64,000 nt of DNA from a virus (IMGVR_UViG_3300029610_000357:52285-116284), one strand, 5' to 3'; counted from the first letter of the stretch, positions 37,098-46,323 are shown. Notes: a model not told the origin generated them from the sequence alone. Program-made: numbers and translations.

Positions 37098-37605
37098 GAA
37101 TATTACGATTAATCTTGAGGGGTTGAGTAAAGAAGAGAGAGAGCAATTGTTAGGACTGGTTGAGAAAGCTAAGAGGCCTAAAAAGATTTGGAAACCTGAA
37201 TACGGAGACTGGTATTGGTATATAAGTAGTGATGGACAAGTTTATAACTGTGAATGGGAAAATGATCGTATAGACCAGGGAAGATATTCTATGGGGAATT
37301 GCTTCAGAACTAAAGAAGAAGCAGAATTTGCAGGAGAAAAACAGAAAGTTAAGACCGAGCTTCAGAGATATGCTGACGAACACAATGATCCAAATCTTGA
37401 AGAATGGAATGTGAAAAATTGGCACTATTGTATTGAATATCTCCCAAAATGCGACGCACTAGAAATTGTGAGTATGTGTTCCAGAAGAATGGAATCCGTC
37501 ACATATTTCACATCTGAAAACATAGCAGAAGATGCAATGAAGGAAATTGGGAAAAAACGCATCATGAAATATCTATTTGATGTTGATTGTGAGGTGGATG
37601 AATGA
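37090..37605 (+). CDS. hypothetical protein
   Basis: A 171-aa ORF that overlaps its neighbours. Confidence 0.45.
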   Translation: MSENITINLEGLSKEEREQLLGLVEKAKRPKKIWKPEYGDWYWYISSDGQVYNCEWENDRIDQGRYSMGNCFRTKEEAEFAGEKQKVKTELQRYADEHNDPNLEEWNVKNWHYCIEYLPKCDALEIVSMCSRRMESVTYFTSENIAEDAMKEIGKKRIMKYLFDVDCEVDE

Positions 37606-37925
37606 GTACATATAAAATCGGAGAAATATTAGTATCACAAAGAGAAACAGAAGTTGAAACAATTTTTGGACGAAAAGAGGTAATCCCTAAAGGAAACAAA
37701 ATTATTATTACAGCTCATAAGCTTGGGCATCATATTAGGAACGGCATGAAACAGCCTTTGCAAAAGGATGCTGTTGTAAAAGGTTATGACACAGAAGGGC
37801 TTGCAGAGTATTTGTTTACGTGTATGAAAAGTCATCTTCCGATGGATGATATGATGTATGATTATGACTTAACAGAAGAGGATATCAAAGAAGTTATTGA
37901 AGAAGCATTGGATGAGATTTTTTAG
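37602..37925 (+). CDS. hypothetical protein
   Basis: A 107-aa ORF. Confidence 0.45.
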   Translation: MSTYKIGEILVSQRETEVETIFGRKEVIPKGNKIIITAHKLGHHIRNGMKQPLQKDAVVKGYDTEGLAEYLFTCMKSHLPMDDMMYDYDLTEEDIKEVIEEALDEIF

Positions 37926-37941
37926 AAGAGGTGGTTAGGAA

Positions 37942-38337
37942 ATGATAACTGTATTGATCATGTTTTCGATTGTGATAGTGTATGTAATTATTTATAAAAC
38001 AAATCATTATTTACTAACACATAAAGAATCACCATGGACATATCCAAGATTACATAAATGCAGATGTGGTGGAAAGCCACAAGTTAAATGGTCTTATAGT
38101 CCAGATTTTAATTATGAAACACATAAATTATGTGGGTTGAGAGGAATATATGAAGTTAAAATCAATTGCCCAAAATGTGGCTTTTCTGTAACAGTAAATA
38201 GGCATTACGATTTATCAACTAAGGGGAACAATTTTAAAACAATTCCCGATCCAGGAAGTATTAATAGGGCAAATATGAAAGCGATAAGAGCATGGAATGA
38301 AACAAGTCCAGAAAAATGTGAGGAGTGTGACCGATGA
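37942..38337 (+). CDS. membrane-anchored zinc-ribbon protein
   Basis: An N-terminal transmembrane helix, then CRCGG...CPKCG. Confidence 0.45.
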   Translation: MITVLIMFSIVIVYVIIYKTNHYLLTHKESPWTYPRLHKCRCGGKPQVKWSYSPDFNYETHKLCGLRGIYEVKINCPKCGFSVTVNRHYDLSTKGNNFKTIPDPGSINRANMKAIRAWNETSPEKCEECDR

Positions 38338-38612
38338 AAAAGAAATTGTTAGTTTGTTGTATGGCGACAATTATGGGATGTATGTTAGCAGGGTGTGACG
38401 ATGGCTCATCGTATTATGACGAAAATGGAATCAATAAGACATTTACAATGGAAGACATTAATGGAGAGTTAAAATATGATACTCAAACAAAGATTGTTTA
38501 CTACAGGTATGTAGGAGGGCATGTAGGTTATATGTGTCCATATATCAGTAAAGATGGCCAATATTGTAAGTATGAAGATGGTAAAGTTATTCCTTTAGAG
38601 AAAGGAGAGTAA
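38334..38612 (+). CDS. lipoprotein
   Basis: A signal peptide with the lipobox LAGC. Confidence 0.5.
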   Translation: MKKKLLVCCMATIMGCMLAGCDDGSSYYDENGINKTFTMEDINGELKYDTQTKIVYYRYVGGHVGYMCPYISKDGQYCKYEDGKVIPLEKGE

Positions 38613-38614
38613 TT

Positions 38615-38968
38615 GTGGAAAATAAGAAATTAGATAAGTTCAATATGAAATATCCAGTGATTGTATTTCACGATAAGACACCTAAAGAAATTCCATACAT
38701 AGCCTATATTCCGTATTTCCTATGTAATACACAGGGGAAAACTGAAAAAGAATTGGAGCTTATGGTAGATGATCTTATTAAGATGTGTTTAGAAGAAGAT
38801 CACTGGCAGTTACCAAATTATGCAGATCCTGATATTAGCGATTGGGAATTAAAACAAATTGCAGACAATTCCCTTAAGGATCAGGGAGTGACTGAGGAAG
38901 AAAGAAAACAAATTGAAGTATCTGTTTGGTGGTATGAAGTGAAAACAGAGCTTAGAAAGGAACGATGA
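38615..38968 (+). CDS. hypothetical protein
   Basis: A 117-aa ORF. Confidence 0.45.
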   Translation: MENKKLDKFNMKYPVIVFHDKTPKEIPYIAYIPYFLCNTQGKTEKELELMVDDLIKMCLEEDHWQLPNYADPDISDWELKQIADNSLKDQGVTEEERKQIEVSVWWYEVKTELRKER

Positions 38969-38978
38969 GATGGAAGTG

Positions 38979-39146
38979 ATGTTTTACATATTATGGGTTT
39001 TTGGATTGATCGCAGCTTTGTGTGTGATTATTGGAATCCCATACATGTTAATTTACAACTATAAGAGAATCAGAGCTATTGACAAGAAACTTGATGGGAT
39101 GCTTAGGGGATTAAGCATTATGTTTGGTGAAGGAGATGATGAATAA
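38979..39146 (+). CDS. small membrane protein (55 aa)
   Basis: A hydrophobic helix, FYILWVFGLIAALCVIIGIPYML. It is under 60 aa, so it is not in the ORF track. Confidence 0.3.
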   Translation: MFYILWVFGLIAALCVIIGIPYMLIYNYKRIRAIDKKLDGMLRGLSIMFGEGDDE

Positions 39147-39373
39147 TGGAAGAAAAATTATTATGTTCTCATTGTCGTGAAAGAGTGCCTTATGAGACTT
39201 TTTCCAAAGAAACAACTGAAGTAATAAAGGGAATAGAAGTTACTTACACAGAAAACTATGGTGTTTGTAAAATTTGTGGACATCGAATCTTTGTTCCAGA
39301 GTTTGAGGATGACAACATGGAAAGATTAGATGAAGCTTATTGGAGAGAAGCAAAAAAGAAAAGGAGTGAATAA
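39146..39373 (+). CDS. zinc-ribbon protein
   Basis: The translation contains CSHCRE...CKICGH. Confidence 0.45.
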   Translation: MEEKLLCSHCRERVPYETFSKETTEVIKGIEVTYTENYGVCKICGHRIFVPEFEDDNMERLDEAYWREAKKKRSE

Positions 39374-39375
39374 TA

Positions 39376-39942
39376 ATGAAACCATATGATACAGGACTTG
39401 TTTGCGGAAGATTCCAGACATTTCATAAAGGACATGAGAGACTGGTTGATACCGGTCTTTTATTATGTGACCGTTTATTAATTTTAATTGGATCAGCACA
39501 AGAGTGTGGGACAGAAAGGAATCCATTCAACATTAACACAAGAACAAAAATTCTAAAGGAGATCTATGGAGACCGACCAGAAGTAATGATCTATGGATTA
39601 GCTGATATGACAGATGAAAATGATATCTGTCCTGAGTGGGGTAAATATTTATTAAACAATGTAGATCGTTATATCCACAAGAACCCCGAGATTATGATTT
39701 ATGGGAACGATGAAAGTCGAAGTGGTTGGTTTGACAAGAAAGACTTAGCTAATACGGCAGAGCTGATCGTAAATAGACAGGACTTGCCAATCAGTGCAAC
39801 TATGGTAAGAGAAGCTATGGCAAAAGATGATCGCAAGAAATGGATGAGTTTAGTGAATCCAAGATTACATAAAATGTATGATGAGCTGCGAGCAGAACTT
39901 ATGAGTGTGCCATTTTATCAGGAGTTGAATAAAGGAGAGTGA
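39376..39942 (+). CDS. nicotinamide-nucleotide adenylyltransferase-like nucleotidyltransferase
   Basis: GRFQTFHKGH matches the NMNAT/cytidylyltransferase motif (GRFQPFHxGH). ISATMVRE matches the C-terminal ISxTxIR motif. Confidence 0.6.
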   Translation: MKPYDTGLVCGRFQTFHKGHERLVDTGLLLCDRLLILIGSAQECGTERNPFNINTRTKILKEIYGDRPEVMIYGLADMTDENDICPEWGKYLLNNVDRYIHKNPEIMIYGNDESRSGWFDKKDLANTAELIVNRQDLPISATMVREAMAKDDRKKWMSLVNPRLHKMYDELRAELMSVPFYQELNKGE

Positions 39943-39946
39943 TATA

Positions 39947-40354
39947 ATGAATGATTTTAGAATAGGAGATAAGGTATATTTTCATCCATACTGTTATGAT
40001 GATTATAGCATTAAATATGGCACGATTTCTAGATTTGAACAATCGTTAGACCCAGAAAGGCAATATGCAATTATATCATGTAAAAGAGGAGAGGGCCAGG
40101 ATAAGTATCATATGTTTCCTGAGGATTTATATCGTACAAAGGGAAAAGTAGAAGAAATTCTAAAACAGGAGTTTCGCACCAGAGTAGATGAAGTTAAAAA
40201 AGATATTCACACATTAGAGGATCTTTTGAATTTTTTATATGACAATGATGTTGCTATTGACATAGATGAGGACGATGATTATACAGATTGGGTAGATCGT
40301 GTTGCTGTTCAAGAATTAGCAAAAGAAATCTGTGGGATTGAATTAGGAGAGTAG
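39947..40354 (+). CDS. hypothetical protein
   Basis: A 135-aa ORF. Confidence 0.45.
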   Translation: MNDFRIGDKVYFHPYCYDDYSIKYGTISRFEQSLDPERQYAIISCKRGEGQDKYHMFPEDLYRTKGKVEEILKQEFRTRVDEVKKDIHTLEDLLNFLYDNDVAIDIDEDDDYTDWVDRVAVQELAKEICGIELGE

Positions 40355-40359
40355 TACTT

Positions 40360-40794
40360 ATGAGCTCATTAGATGTTATTTATTTCCTAGTACTGCTCGG
40401 TACGGGATTTGTCTTAGGTTGGGGTTTTCATCTTATTAAAACAGAAAATGAGATGGAAGCAGATATAGGAGATATAGAAGATATAGAAGAACAATACGAA
40501 AGAAAACTTGAATATGCAGAGTATGAAATATCCACATTAAGACGAGAAAATCATAAATTACAAATTCGTGTAAGTGTTTTAAGGGATGATATCATAGCGC
40601 TTAAAACAGAAAGACTCGCAGATATCCAACGACATAAAACATTTGTGGAGGAAACAAAGAAATGGAAGTCTAAACAAATGTCGCCAGAAGTTAAAGAAGT
40701 GGTTAAATATGCTATGAAATCAGCGCATCCTGACAATGGTGGAGATGTAAAAGATTTTATGAAGTTTAGAGAGCTGTATAACAAGATTAAGTAA
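40360..40794 (+). CDS. membrane-anchored J-domain (HPD) protein, paralog of the 16235 gene
   Basis: An N-terminal transmembrane helix, a coiled coil, and the C-terminus VKYAMKSAHPDNGGDVKDFMKFRELYNKI. Confidence 0.55.
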   Translation: MSSLDVIYFLVLLGTGFVLGWGFHLIKTENEMEADIGDIEDIEEQYERKLEYAEYEISTLRRENHKLQIRVSVLRDDIIALKTERLADIQRHKTFVEETKKWKSKQMSPEVKEVVKYAMKSAHPDNGGDVKDFMKFRELYNKIK

Positions 40795-40928
40795 ATACAT
40801 AAAGAAACTAATCGAGTATCAGATTTAGGATACAAGGCAGTATTAATCACATAGAGATACGAAGACCCCGGCGACTGGAATCTACCACAGGAAACATTCC
40901 AAGTCGCCAGTCTTCGTATGGCTCTAAG

Positions 40929-40949
40929 ATCATAAATGAAATAAAGCAA
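40929..40949 (+). promoter_or_regulatory. conserved motif instance 5 (ATCATAAAtgaaATAAAGCAA)
   Basis: It follows the 63-nt GC-rich hairpin at 40857-40919, and a compressed motif-like copy (ATTAATCACATAGAGATAC) sits just before that hairpin. It lies about 50 nt upstream of the AAA+ gene. Confidence 0.45.
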
Positions 40950-40997
40950 GATACTATACTGATGAGTATTCTATTTAAAAGAAAAGGAGATTACATA

Positions 40998-42167
40998 ATG
41001 AGAGTAGTAGAATCAGGAAGAAAATACAAATTTTACAATAACGCAATTACAACATATGAGCAGTTGCCAGCAAAAACATATAGGGTAGCTTTTAATGATC
41101 AGGAAGGTTTTTCATTGGTTGAAACACATGACTTAGAAATGACAGAAACAAAAGTTTATGGTCAACATTTAGAAAAAGTAGATAAGGTTCTAAATGCATT
41201 AGATAAGATGAAACGTAATTTAGGAGTGATCTTAAGTGGTGACAAAGGAATTGGTAAGTCATTGTTCTCTAAGATGTTAGGAATCAAAGCGAAAGAAAGT
41301 GGAGTGCCAGTTATCTTAGTAGACGAGTATATTCCAGGAATTGCAAATTTCTTAGACGATATTGAACAGACTGTAATGGTATTGTTTGATGAATACGACA
41401 AGACTTTTGATGAAAACAAATATAATTGTCAGGCAGAAATGCTGTCATTGTTTGATGGGATGAGTGCAGGCAAAAAGCTATTTGTTATTACTTGTAATAA
41501 GATTGATGAGCTAAGTTCCTTCTTATTAAATAGACCAGGAAGATTTCATTATCATTTTAGATTTGCTTACCCTACAGTAGATGAGATTCAAGCATATATG
41601 GAAGACAAACTTGAAGAACAGTACTATGGAGAAATTGAAAATGTAATTGCCTTTAGTCTACGAATGAAATTGAATTATGATTGTCTTAGAGCAATTGCAT
41701 TTGAGCTAAATACTGGGTCAAGCTTTAAAGAGGCGATTGAGGATCTTAATATTTTAAGAATGTATAGTACCGAATATATAGATATCGTTGTTGAATTTGA
41801 AAATGGGAAAATATTAGAAGGAAGTGTACCAGAAAATGAACTATATGACGGTTCAGGATATGATATGGATTTGCATATTCCTTTGACTATTTCTAAATTA
41901 TACAATGATAGAGACATTGGAGAAATGAGATTAAATTTCACAGACAATTACGTAGATCCTGAGGAAAAATTAATTATGTTTAATTTTGAAGGTAATGAAG
42001 TCAAATTTTATGATACTTATACACCACATAAAATGCCAGATGAGGCCAAGTCTGAGGTTGCTAGAGAAATTACTAAAATTATTGAGGAAAATTATTCAGA
42101 ACAGCAGGTTAAACGTATTTTTATGGCACCAAAAGAAAACAAAGATGAATATAGATTTTTTGGTTAG
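40998..42167 (+). CDS. AAA+ ATPase (classic clade)
   Basis: Walker A reads GDKGIGKS, Walker B reads MVLFDEYD, and the sensor motif is LLNRPGRFHYHFRF. The start was set at the Met preceded by AAAAGGAGA. Confidence 0.6.
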   Translation: MRVVESGRKYKFYNNAITTYEQLPAKTYRVAFNDQEGFSLVETHDLEMTETKVYGQHLEKVDKVLNALDKMKRNLGVILSGDKGIGKSLFSKMLGIKAKESGVPVILVDEYIPGIANFLDDIEQTVMVLFDEYDKTFDENKYNCQAEMLSLFDGMSAGKKLFVITCNKIDELSSFLLNRPGRFHYHFRFAYPTVDEIQAYMEDKLEEQYYGEIENVIAFSLRMKLNYDCLRAIAFELNTGSSFKEAIEDLNILRMYSTEYIDIVVEFENGKILEGSVPENELYDGSGYDMDLHIPLTISKLYNDRDIGEMRLNFTDNYVDPEEKLIMFNFEGNEVKFYDTYTPHKMPDEAKSEVAREITKIIEENYSEQQVKRIFMAPKENKDEYRFFG

Positions 42168-42181
42168 AGAGGAGTGATTGA

Positions 42182-43096
42182 ATGAAGTGTTTTTATCATT
42201 TAGATTTAGATGGGAAGTGTGCGGGCTATTTAGTATGGCATTATGCTTGTTTAGGAGAGGAAGATGAAAACCCAGAGAATTTTATTAAGATTAATTATGG
42301 CATGGAGTTTCCATTAGACAAAATTAAAAGAGATGAAAGAGTGTTTATTGTTGATTTTAGCATTGAACCGGAAGATATGAAAGAACTCTTAAAAATTACA
42401 AAAAATGTAGTTTGGATTGATCATCATAAAACGACTATTGAAAAATATAAGGATTTTGAAAGCTATATTCCAGGGATAAGAATGACAGGGCCTGGAATAT
42501 CAGGGGCTTCATTGACATGGTGGTATTTCAATAATAATGCTCTCTTCGATGGAATGGAAAGGGTACAAGGGTTACAGCCAAAAGAAGATGAAGATTGGGA
42601 TGAAGATATGCCCCTTGCTCTTTTATTAGTAGCTGACTGGGATACATGGACATTCAATTATAGAGAGGAAACTAAATACTTTCATACAGCATTTGAAATG
42701 TTGGAATATGAGCCTTGGCAATTTGGCGAATGGTTCGAGCTTATAAAAGATCCTTATGTTCTTATTGAGCAAGGACGACTTCTTTATAAGTACAAACAGA
42801 AACAGGCAGAAGAATATATCAGTTCAAAGGGATTCGCTGTAGAGTTTGAGGGATATAAGTGTTTCGCTGTGAATCATGGATTGATTAATTCAGATTTCTT
42901 CGAGTCAGTTGATGATAAGTATGATATCTATATTGGATTTGCTTATAATGGTGGAAGCAAGAGATGGAGCTATAGCTTGAGAGCTGCGAATGATGATGTG
43001 GACGTAAGTGAGATCGCTATTAAGTACGGTGGTGGCGGACACAAAGGAGCTGCAGGATTCGCAAGTGATAAGTATGTTTTAGGAGAGATGAGCTAA
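42182..43096 (+). CDS. DHH-DHHA1 phosphoesterase (NrnA/RecJ-like nanoRNase family)
   Basis: The DHH motifs are HLDLDGKCAG and IDHHK. The DHHA1 motif is GGGGHKGAAGF. Confidence 0.65.
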   Translation: MKCFYHLDLDGKCAGYLVWHYACLGEEDENPENFIKINYGMEFPLDKIKRDERVFIVDFSIEPEDMKELLKITKNVVWIDHHKTTIEKYKDFESYIPGIRMTGPGISGASLTWWYFNNNALFDGMERVQGLQPKEDEDWDEDMPLALLLVADWDTWTFNYREETKYFHTAFEMLEYEPWQFGEWFELIKDPYVLIEQGRLLYKYKQKQAEEYISSKGFAVEFEGYKCFAVNHGLINSDFFESVDDKYDIYIGFAYNGGSKRWSYSLRAANDDVDVSEIAIKYGGGGHKGAAGFASDKYVLGEMS

Positions 43097-43626
43097 TGAA
43101 AAAGTTAAATGATGAACAGAGGAAGTTGATTGAAGATAACTACAAGTTGATTAGGTTCCTATATAGAAGAAGTTATACTAGAGTGTGCTCTTGGGAGGTC
43201 TTTCAAGGGTTAGGACATGAAGCAATATGTAAAGCTGCTTTAGGATATGATCCTTCAAAAGGCAAGTTTACTACATATTTTACTTGGAAAATTAAACAAG
43301 CAATTGAACATTATTTTCGCTGTAACAACTATGATGTTCGAAAAGCCAATGATGGAGCAATGTCACTATATACACCACTTGAAGATTGTAAGAAGAAGGA
43401 AATAACCATATTAGATACATTACAAGCAAGCGATAATATCGCAGATACGGTAACAGAAGAAATTTATTGGAAAGAAAAGATAAGTAAATTACCCGATAAA
43501 ATTAAAAAGATGATCCAATTGACTTATGAAGGATACGGGCGAGAAGAGGTTGCCAAGAAGTTAAATGTCAGTAGATCTCTTGTTAGTGTGCGTATCATTG
43601 AATTTAAAAAGTCCATGGGGTATTAG
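43096..43626 (+). CDS. sigma-70 family sigma factor (compact, phage-type)
   Basis: It is region 2-like (TYFTWKIKQAIEHYFR) and region 4-like (LPDKIKKMIQLTYEGYGREEVAKKLNVSRSLVSVRI). Confidence 0.55.
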   Translation: MKKLNDEQRKLIEDNYKLIRFLYRRSYTRVCSWEVFQGLGHEAICKAALGYDPSKGKFTTYFTWKIKQAIEHYFRCNNYDVRKANDGAMSLYTPLEDCKKKEITILDTLQASDNIADTVTEEIYWKEKISKLPDKIKKMIQLTYEGYGREEVAKKLNVSRSLVSVRIIEFKKSMGY

Positions 43627-43644
43627 AAAGGGGAGATGTGAAGA

Positions 43645-44109
43645 ATGGGTTTTTATCAGTATGGTCGTTATTGGGAGAACACGGAAGATGCTCACAATAG
43701 TGACTATTGGAAACACGAGGCAGCAAAAGATTTAAGAAGAAAGGGGATTGAGTGTATCTGGTTTGGTGTAGACAATAGAACACCTGAGATGTGGGCAGAA
43801 ATACAGGAAGACATTGCCAGAGAAGAAAGAGAAAAAGAAGAAGACCGCAAATATATGGAAGAGCATATTGGAGAATATATATGGGCTTTTATTAAAGGAA
43901 TTGTTATAGTCTGTACGTTCCCTTGTTTGTGCTGGCTATACTTAGGTGTTAGGTATGGCCATATGAACTACCAACAAAAAAATGCGTATAAGCTGGCTTG
44001 GGTGTTTAGTTTATTAGCATTAATATTTGGCCCTGTAGGATTTATGATGGTGTTTACACTGTTTGGATTGTATATCATCTTTGATGCAGGGCATGGGATG
44101 ATGCCATAG
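43645..44109 (+). CDS. membrane protein
   Basis: The C-terminal half has three hydrophobic helices. Confidence 0.45.
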   Translation: MGFYQYGRYWENTEDAHNSDYWKHEAAKDLRRKGIECIWFGVDNRTPEMWAEIQEDIAREEREKEEDRKYMEEHIGEYIWAFIKGIVIVCTFPCLCWLYLGVRYGHMNYQQKNAYKLAWVFSLLALIFGPVGFMMVFTLFGLYIIFDAGHGMMP

Positions 44110-44124
44110 AAAGGAGACGATTAA

Positions 44125-45114
44125 GTGAGCAATAGGGAAGGACACGAACAAGAAATTGAAGCAAAGACCAGAGAAAAACTTAAGGATTTGCCAGACTATT
44201 TGAACCAGTTCTATTATAGAATGACAGCAAATGGAATGCAGGCAACTACGAAAAGAAGTTACATTGGTTATTGTGTAAATTTCTTAAAGTATTTTTCTCC
44301 TGATTTGAGCATAGATCCAAACGATATAACAGATAGTGATATTGACAAATATATGGATTCAATCACTTATATAAATGGTAAGAAAGCTTCGGTGTCTAGT
44401 AGGGCAACGAAGCTTTCTGCTTTAAAAACATTCTTTGGATTTATGAAAGAAAGGGGAATTATAGAAAGAGATCCAACTAAAAGTATTAGGCCACCTAAGA
44501 ATAAAGGACTTAATCCTGTTGTATACTTAACAGAAACAGAAATTAAGATGGTTGAGCACACAATTCGTACTGGAGCAGGATCTCATAAAGCAAAAGCCAA
44601 ACAAAAGAAATGGCGGAATAGAGATTTAGCCATTTACTTTTTATTCTTATCAACCGGGATAAGGGTAGAAGCCTTGTCTGAGATTGATGTCGAAGACATT
44701 GACTTTCACGATAAAAAACTAATTGTTATAGACAAAGGTGAGAAAGAAATAATACATTTTTTGTCTGACCAGTTGATAGAATATATACAGATTTGGCTCG
44801 AAGATAGAGAAAAGTTTTTAACAGAAAAAGATAAAGAAGAAAAAGCGTTATTTCTTAACACTTCTTTAAACAGGTTGGGAGCAACAGGTATAAGAAGAAT
44901 GATAAAGAAATATACAGCAAATTTAGATAAAAAAATCACTCCACATAAATTGAGAAGTACATTTGCAACTATGATTTATCAAAAGACAGGGGACATTTAT
45001 TTAGCTTCTCAGATGATAGCTCATGAAAATATTAACACAACAAAGCGATATGCGGCTTGTGTCGAAGAGAGCAAGAGAGAAGCATCAGATATGATAGGAG
45101 ATGTCCTTTTTTAA
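44125..45114 (+). CDS. int: tyrosine recombinase / integrase
   Basis: The catalytic region has R (GIRVEALSEI), HKLRSTFAT and HENINTTKRYA, which fits the R-H-R-Y signature. GTG start with an AAAGGAGA Shine-Dalgarno sequence. Confidence 0.7.
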   Translation: MSNREGHEQEIEAKTREKLKDLPDYLNQFYYRMTANGMQATTKRSYIGYCVNFLKYFSPDLSIDPNDITDSDIDKYMDSITYINGKKASVSSRATKLSALKTFFGFMKERGIIERDPTKSIRPPKNKGLNPVVYLTETEIKMVEHTIRTGAGSHKAKAKQKKWRNRDLAIYFLFLSTGIRVEALSEIDVEDIDFHDKKLIVIDKGEKEIIHFLSDQLIEYIQIWLEDREKFLTEKDKEEKALFLNTSLNRLGATGIRRMIKKYTANLDKKITPHKLRSTFATMIYQKTGDIYLASQMIAHENINTTKRYAACVEESKREASDMIGDVLF

Positions 45115-45130
45115 TAAGGAGGAGTGCTTT

Positions 45131-45472
45131 ATGTGCATGAGGGGAGATATTTATTGTGTTGAATTAAAGAGTTATGAAAAACACGTACAAAAAGGAAAGC
45201 GACCAGTATTGGTCATAAGTAATAACAAAAACAACTTTAATAGTCCAGTAGTTACCGTGGTGCCTTTTACATCTGTAACAAAGAAAATGGATTTGGATAC
45301 ACATGTAGTTATTTATAAGAGCTTTGGATTACGATTGGATTCTATGGCTCTTGGTGAACAGATTATGCCTATCGATAAAAGCAGGCTTACAGAAGATAAT
45401 TTGATAGGTCACATAGACGACAAAAGGCTTTTAGAGAAAATAAAAGAAGCATGTATTTGCCAGATTTCATAG
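45131..45472 (+). CDS. MazF/PemK-family endoribonuclease toxin-like protein
   Basis: MRGDIYCVELKSYEKHVQKGKRPVLVISNNKNNFNSPVVTVVPFTS follows the MazF pattern (RGDIYxVDL...GxRPVLVVS...VVxPxTS). A strong AAGGAGG ribosome-binding site precedes the start. No MazE-like antitoxin ORF is obvious upstream. Confidence 0.6.
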   Translation: MCMRGDIYCVELKSYEKHVQKGKRPVLVISNNKNNFNSPVVTVVPFTSVTKKMDLDTHVVIYKSFGLRLDSMALGEQIMPIDKSRLTEDNLIGHIDDKRLLEKIKEACICQIS

Positions 45473-45528
45473 AATCATTATAAATTATATGGTAAGATAA
45501 GAAAAGATATATAGAAAGTTGGTGGAAC

Positions 45529-46323
45529 ATGATTATTACAGAGACCAATAATGAAACAATTGTAGAAAATTTGAAAAAGCTTCTTGAATACAGGGTTGGG
45601 TTGACAAAGTATTTAAGAAAAATAGTTAGTAATTTTGATATAGACTTGGTTAGATTGTCACAAATTGTATCAGGTCAGGTTAAGCTAAATGAAATAACAT
45701 TATATGAATATTATGCAATTTGTTGGGGATTCATAGCTTTTAATAAAGAAAGACATAACTTTTTTAAGACTATTGATCTAAAAGAAGCGACTATTGATTT
45801 AAGTTCAAAAACAATAAAGATTTCTCACCATGTAGAAAAGAATAGAATATTAGAGGTTGTGCCTCAAAAGTATTACACAATCAGATCTTCTATTAAAGAA
45901 TTAAATATGTTGACTCATAATGGACTGATAAAAGAAACAGATGTTATAAAACAAACATTGATATCTCATGATGGTAGATCAGGGTCTTTAGGTTATGGAA
46001 GCAAACGTAGCATAGATGAAATCAGGAATATGATACTAAAGGGAACATATTGGAGTGTTCCAATCACCATAGGCACAATTAAGAATGACATCAAAATAGA
46101 AAATGGTGATTTGGTAATTGCCGGAACCTATGAAATAATAGATGGATACCATACTTTCATGGCATTTAAGGGAATCAGCGAAGAAAAGGATTTTCCAGTA
46201 ATATTAAATGTAGTAAAGCTAGAAGATCAGAATGAAATGGAAAGCATCATTCTTCAAATGGATCATAAAAATACTGTTTGGAAAAATAGTTATGCAAAGA
46301 AAGGGGATTCCTATGGAGAATAA
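45529..46323 (+). CDS. hypothetical protein (possible DGQHR/ParB-like motif IIDGYHTF)
   Basis: The family hint is weak. Confidence 0.4.
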   Translation: MIITETNNETIVENLKKLLEYRVGLTKYLRKIVSNFDIDLVRLSQIVSGQVKLNEITLYEYYAICWGFIAFNKERHNFFKTIDLKEATIDLSSKTIKISHHVEKNRILEVVPQKYYTIRSSIKELNMLTHNGLIKETDVIKQTLISHDGRSGSLGYGSKRSIDEIRNMILKGTYWSVPITIGTIKNDIKIENGDLVIAGTYEIIDGYHTFMAFKGISEEKDFPVILNVVKLEDQNEMESIILQMDHKNTVWKNSYAKKGDSYGE

